NCBI GenBank assembly: GCA_020632135.1
Contig: JACKGC010000001.1
Span: 308,241-372,240 of the forward strand
Origin: Candidatus Nomurabacteria bacterium
Lineage (GTDB): Bacteria > Patescibacteriota > Minisyncoccia > Phycocordibacterales > UBA918
Length of the DNA stretch: 64,000 bases
Direction of reading: 5' to 3'
Under the pieces are notes generated by a model. It did not search any database and had not been told where the DNA came from. It worked only from the letters and a program-made list of their open reading frames with translations. Made by a program: the position numbers and the translations under genes. Below, piece by piece: positions 60,024-64,000 of this stretch (positions are counted from its first letter, which is position 1; each line of letters starts with the position of its first letter).

Positions 60024-63000
60024 ATGTCTCGTCGTGATGTAAATATTGCTGGACGCATCAGTCACTTCTTTGCGGTCAATCGGCCACTTTCAATGTTGGT
60101 ATTGGTGGTGTCTCTTTTATTTGGACTCACCTCATTCTTTTTAACTCCGAAACAGTACAATCCAGAGATCACCCGCCCCGCGTTTACGGTCACGATCGAG
60201 TACGCAGGTGCAACCACTGCTGCAGCCCTTGATCGAGTGGTGTATGAGCTGGTCGAAAAGATCGACACAGTGCCGGGGGTTGATGATATCTATACACAAG
60301 TGACTGATGGTGCCACCATCAACACCACCGTTATTTTTGAAGTCGGATATGATGCCACCCGTGCGAAAGTCGATCTCCTTTCACAACTTGAACAGCACAG
60401 TTACCTAGCGCGCGGCAATATCAACCCACCACACGTACTCGAGATAAACCCTGAAACTATTCCGATCTTGCAGGTCGTCTTTGGTTCCGCTGAGCTCACA
60501 CTCCCTGAGTTGCGTTCGAAGGTCATTGCGCTTTCGCACCAACTCGGTGTGGTAGTTGATGTGAGCGAGCTCCAGGTATACGGGGGGTATCAACCTTCGT
60601 TAGTGGTGGAAGTTGATCTAGATGCGCTGGTACACCAACAGGTGTCGTTTACTGATTTGACCAGTGCCCTGCGGGCGAGTCAGGTGCGAATGGTGAGCGA
60701 CATGGTGCGTAGCGAGCCGTACCAAATTGAAGTGGTATACGATGCGCTCGCGACCACTCCTGCTGAGTTCGGTGAGTTGATCGTTGCGCCCGGCGTTGCG
60801 CTCCGCGATGTGGCGGTAGTGTACGAAGGGTACGCTGGGTCACGCTCGTATGTGTTTCATGAGAGCGACGCCGGGCGCGGGGAAGTAGTGCTGCTGTCTG
60901 TGGCAAAGGTTGAGGGTGCGAGTGCACCGGTAGTAGCTGATACATTTCTGCGTGCGCTCGACCACAGTCTCTCACAAAGTGAGTATGACCAACTCACCTA
61001 CACAGTGGTGAGTAACGATGGCACTACGGCTGAGGTAGAGATCTTTGGGTTGACCCAGAATCTGCTGACTTCAATCGCAATTGTGGCGCTGGTGTTGCTG
61101 CTCTTCCTTTCCACTCGAGCAGCGCTAGTGGTGCTGGTTGCGATCCCGGTGACATTGTTGCTGGTCTTTGGGCTTGGGTTGCTCTTCGATCAAACTATCA
61201 ACCGCATTACGCTCTTTGCGCTCATTTTGTCACTCGGGTTACTGGTCGACTCAGCGATCGTGGCGACGGAGAATATCTACTCTCATCTTAAGCGCTGGCA
61301 GTTTGAGCCAAACGAACAGACTAAAGAGCGGGTAATTGCGACTGCAGTTGATGAGATAGGGGTCGGGCTTTTGCTTTCAACCATAACTTCAGTCATTGTG
61401 TTTCTCCCTATGAATTTCATAACCGGCATGATGGGGCCGTATATGGGTCCAATTGCATTCTTTGTACCAGCCGCGCTCATTATTTCTTTCTTGGTAGCAA
61501 TCGTGGTGACGCCATTTATTGCGAGCCACTTGTTACACGTTGCCGATACGCCAAATCGACTGACACAGACCTTCTCTCAACTGATGGATCGACTCATAAG
61601 GATGTATACGAGTACATTGCGTAAGATCCTCTACCGTGAGCGATTGCAGCGAATCGTTTTACGCAGCGCACTGTTCGTGTTTTTGGTATCGCTCATGTTG
61701 CCCATGGTGGGTCTGGTGCATTTCCAGATGTTGCCGCGCGCTGATCGAGATCAGTTTTATGCGTATGTTGATCTGCCAGTCGGAACTGACCGAGAGAGTA
61801 CCAAGGATGTGGCGGGCGCAGTCTCGACCAGGCTACTCGCTGATCGTGATGTGGTGTCAGTACAACAGTTTATAGCGACACCACCGATCCTTGATTTTAA
61901 CGGCATGTTCAAAGGAGCTGAGGCGCGAAGCGGTGCGCACCAGGCGACGCTTCGGGTGAACCTGGTCCCGGCAGGAGAGCGGAGTCGTAGCTCCACTGAC
62001 ATTGCCACAGCGGTGCGCGCCGCGGTTAGTACTGCTATGCCTGATGTTGCGCCAGCGGTGCGTTTGATTGAAGAACCGCCCGGGCCACCAGTACGAGCGA
62101 CATTGGTGGCAAAGGTGTCTGCAAATGAGGAAGTAACACAGCGCACAGCAGCTAGCGACCTCAAAACAGTTTTATCTGAAATTGCTGGAGTGGTCGATGT
62201 GTATCAGAGTGATGATGCGCGAGTTGGTCGTGTTCGGTATGAATTTGACTACGTCGCTGCGCAGGCACTGGGGGTCTCGCCTGAGCAGGTGGCGACGGTA
62301 CTTGGTGTTATGGGTGGTTCCTATGAGGTGGGTGAGTTGCTGGGTGCTACTGAGGTAGAGTACACACCTCTGATGCTGAAGGTACCAAGTTCTTTCACCA
62401 CGTCGCCAAATTTCATTGATGCTCTTACCGTAACGGGTGTGAGTGGAGAGTCGGTACCATTGCGGTCAGTGCTCACGCTTGCGTATGAAGCGCGGCCCTC
62501 AGCAGTGTATCTCGAGGATGCTCAGGAACTGTCGTACGTTACTGCTGAGATTGAGGAACGTTCAGTCGTATACGTGATGATCGAGCTCATGCGACACATC
62601 ATTGCGGGCGAGCTTGATGGGTACGTGGTGACTAGTTGGAATTTGTGGGGAATGGAACTTATGTCACCTGAAGGAAATGTAGTTGCTCTCACCTGGGGAG
62701 GGGAGTGGGAAATGACCTTAGAAAACTTTCGCGATCTAGGGATCGCGATGGGAGTGGCGCTCTGTATGGTGTATGCACTGCTAGTGGCACAATATAAGAA
62801 ATTCAGTACCCCAGCGTACATTCTAGTAACGGTGCCACTGGGTCTAGTTGGAATTCTGTGGGGGTTCTTCTTGCTTGATGTCGGCTTCAATATCTATCTC
62901 ACCGCCACTGCGCTCATCGGCTTTATTGCGCTCATTGGTATTGTCGTTAATAACGCCATCATCTACCTAGAGTACGTGGAGCAAGCCAAGGCCGCAGGCG

Positions 63001-63221
63001 CGAGCTATCGCGAGGCGCTCATCCAGGCCGGGGAGGCGCGCCTGCGACCGATCCTTCTCACCTCGCTCACAACAGTTCTTGGCTCACTTACGATCGCGGG
63101 TGATCCGGTCTGGTCGGGCTTGGCGTGGGCGATCGTGTTCGGTCTGTCACTGTCGACCGTACTCACGCTGGTGATTTATCCGACGCTCCTCGTGCGGTTT
63201 GTTGGAGGAGAAAGTAATTAG
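60024..63221 (+). CDS. RND-family efflux transporter permease (AcrB/CusA/CzcA-like)
   Basis: 1065 aa with a 12-TM, two-large-loop architecture. It includes the conserved LGLLVDSAIVATENI and IGIVVNNAIIYLEY segments. Confidence 0.85.
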   Translation: MSRRDVNIAGRISHFFAVNRPLSMLVLVVSLLFGLTSFFLTPKQYNPEITRPAFTVTIEYAGATTAAALDRVVYELVEKIDTVPGVDDIYTQVTDGATINTTVIFEVGYDATRAKVDLLSQLEQHSYLARGNINPPHVLEINPETIPILQVVFGSAELTLPELRSKVIALSHQLGVVVDVSELQVYGGYQPSLVVEVDLDALVHQQVSFTDLTSALRASQVRMVSDMVRSEPYQIEVVYDALATTPAEFGELIVAPGVALRDVAVVYEGYAGSRSYVFHESDAGRGEVVLLSVAKVEGASAPVVADTFLRALDHSLSQSEYDQLTYTVVSNDGTTAEVEIFGLTQNLLTSIAIVALVLLLFLSTRAALVVLVAIPVTLLLVFGLGLLFDQTINRITLFALILSLGLLVDSAIVATENIYSHLKRWQFEPNEQTKERVIATAVDEIGVGLLLSTITSVIVFLPMNFITGMMGPYMGPIAFFVPAALIISFLVAIVVTPFIASHLLHVADTPNRLTQTFSQLMDRLIRMYTSTLRKILYRERLQRIVLRSALFVFLVSLMLPMVGLVHFQMLPRADRDQFYAYVDLPVGTDRESTKDVAGAVSTRLLADRDVVSVQQFIATPPILDFNGMFKGAEARSGAHQATLRVNLVPAGERSRSSTDIATAVRAAVSTAMPDVAPAVRLIEEPPGPPVRATLVAKVSANEEVTQRTAASDLKTVLSEIAGVVDVYQSDDARVGRVRYEFDYVAAQALGVSPEQVATVLGVMGGSYEVGELLGATEVEYTPLMLKVPSSFTTSPNFIDALTVTGVSGESVPLRSVLTLAYEARPSAVYLEDAQELSYVTAEIEERSVVYVMIELMRHIIAGELDGYVVTSWNLWGMELMSPEGNVVALTWGGEWEMTLENFRDLGIAMGVALCMVYALLVAQYKKFSTPAYILVTVPLGLVGILWGFFLLDVGFNIYLTATALIGFIALIGIVVNNAIIYLEYVEQAKAAGASYREALIQAGEARLRPILLTSLTTVLGSLTIAGDPVWSGLAWAIVFGLSLSTVLTLVIYPTLLVRFVGGESN

Positions 63222-63231
63222 TAAAAAGATC

Positions 63232-63320
63232 CATCCGTACCTGATGATGAGCGTCCGCGGGGACGGAGTGCTAAAGCTGCGCTGTGAACATCGGAGCGTG
63301 TGAAGAATCAGGTACGGATG
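63232..63320. repeat. Intergenic foldback element X (14-bp perfect stem, extendable to 19; 61-nt interior)
   Basis: Stem catccgtacctgat / atcaggtacggatg. The interior gatgagcgtccgcggggacggagtgctaaagctgcgctgtgaacatcggagcgtgtgaaga shares boxes with Y (reverse complement) and with A/B (GAACATCGGAGCG). Confidence 0.7.
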
Positions 63321-63584
63321 AATCTGAATAATTTAAAAACTATGTTTACCTTAACTACAAAAGATCTTTCAGAAACAGTCACTCTTAAGAATCTGCCGAC
63401 ACTACGTCAGACTTTCTTTGTCGGCTCAGTCGTTATCATGCTTGGGTATGTGCTCGAGGATGTCTACCCAATTACCCACTACTTGCCGTTGTTACCAGCG
63501 ATCGGCCTGATGGTCTCGGCGCTGACGGGCTTTTGTCCCATGGCGTACTTCTTGCAGAAGCTGCCATGGAACAAGGTGGAATAG
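63318..63584 (+). CDS. DUF2892 (YgaP-like) small membrane protein
   Basis: Two TM helices and the C-terminal motif LTGFCPMAYFL typical of DUF2892. The start is uncertain (63318 or 63342). Confidence 0.6.
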   Translation: MNLNNLKTMFTLTTKDLSETVTLKNLPTLRQTFFVGSVVIMLGYVLEDVYPITHYLPLLPAIGLMVSALTGFCPMAYFLQKLPWNKVE

Positions 63585-63615
63585 AAAGAGCGCGGCCTTT
63601 GGCCGCGCTCTTTCT
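63583..63615. terminator. Bidirectional terminator hairpin
   Basis: agaaagagcgcggcc ttt ggccgcgctctttct, a perfect 15-bp stem. Confidence 0.8.
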
Positions 63616-63901
63616 ATAGTTTCGCAAATCGTCCGATCAATTTACTCATTTTATTACCCCGCCCAGTGAGGCCATAGTAGTGCACACGAGAATCATGTGG
63701 GCACGAAATACGCTTGATCAGTTTCTCTGCCTCCAGTTCGTGAAGGCGACTCGAGAGGGTCGCGGTGTTAATGGTGAGTGATTCTTGCAGGTCTGAAAAA
63801 CCGCGCGGCTTGTCGGCAAGAGCGTGCAAAATCACTAACATATGTCGCTTACTAAGGAATGTAAGGATCTTAGTGGCAGGGCAGACAGCACCTTTTTTCA
63901 T
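63614..63901 (-). CDS. HxlR-family winged-helix transcriptional regulator
   Basis: CPATKILTFLSKRHMLVILHAL...RGFSDLQESL.INTATLSSRLHELEAEKLIKR......VHYYGLTGRG. The start may be 63967. Confidence 0.7.
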   Translation of the reverse strand: MKKGAVCPATKILTFLSKRHMLVILHALADKPRGFSDLQESLTINTATLSSRLHELEAEKLIKRISCPHDSRVHYYGLTGRGNKMSKLIGRFAKL

Positions 63902-64000
63902 ACAACGGAGTATAGCACGGATCAGCAAAGTCACTTTAGGTTTTAAAGTGGTATGCGATTTCGGCACTACTGCTTCTCAAGCAGTTTTTTGAGTACATCA

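Noticed and set aside
63240-63306. Hammerhead ribozyme: CUGAUGA followed by a CGUCC-GCGG-GGACG hairpin in element X. A similar CUGAUGA occurs at 20099-20130.
   Set aside because: The obligatory GAAA element after stem II and a plausible stem III and cleavage site are missing in both cases.
1-64000. CRISPR arrays, rRNA genes, IS elements or transposases, restriction-modification or known defence systems
   Set aside because: I saw no regularly spaced direct repeats, no rRNA-like conserved blocks, no transposase-like ORFs and no methyltransferase/endonuclease pairs. The only recombinase is the Xer-family gene.

Overview
This window looks like a chromosomal segment of a small-genome, Patescibacteria/CPR-like bacterium. 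That assignment is an inference from gene content: compact housekeeping genes, almost no Shine-Dalgarno sites, and a T4SS-pilin-type gene. The segment spans the replication origin, with rpmH-rnpA-yidC on the minus strand facing dnaA-dnaN-DUF721 on the plus strand. I call about 58 CDS, one tRNA-Lys(UUU), one decayed tRNA copy, and many GC-rich hairpin terminators that often carry a CUUCGG-type loop. Housekeeping calls include a Clp/Hsp100-like ATPase, rpsO, pnp, comM, pcrA/uvrD, rsmA, PBP1A, tyrS, ruvC, yebC, ruvB, ruvA, tsaE, polA, holA-like, a TrmH-family methylase, lnt-like, murE-like and rpsT. Five things stand out. (1) A 12-kb, 11-gene, same-strand cluster (23.4-35.5 kb) next to oriC encodes a VirB4-like ATPase, a PrgI/VirB3-like protein, a VirB6/TrbL-like protein, a VirB2/TrbC-type pilin fused to a Cys-rich domain, and seven uncharacterised proteins, most with signal peptides or TM segments. 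It has no coupling protein, relaxase or VirB11. (2) At least eight intergenic foldback elements have long locus-specific stems (14-26 bp) enclosing mosaic conserved boxes. Two copies have 44/48 identical loops but unrelated stems. Non-Watson-Crick pairs are compatible with G-U on one consistent strand. (3) A promoter-to-terminator unit of about 300 nt with no long ORF is a candidate ncRNA. (4) A CsoR-type repressor with a perfect palindromic operator lies inside the promoter of a divergent MFP-RND efflux operon. (5) Three small cassette-like genes with Shine-Dalgarno sites surround a tyrosine recombinase. No CRISPR array, rRNA or recognisable IS element was seen.
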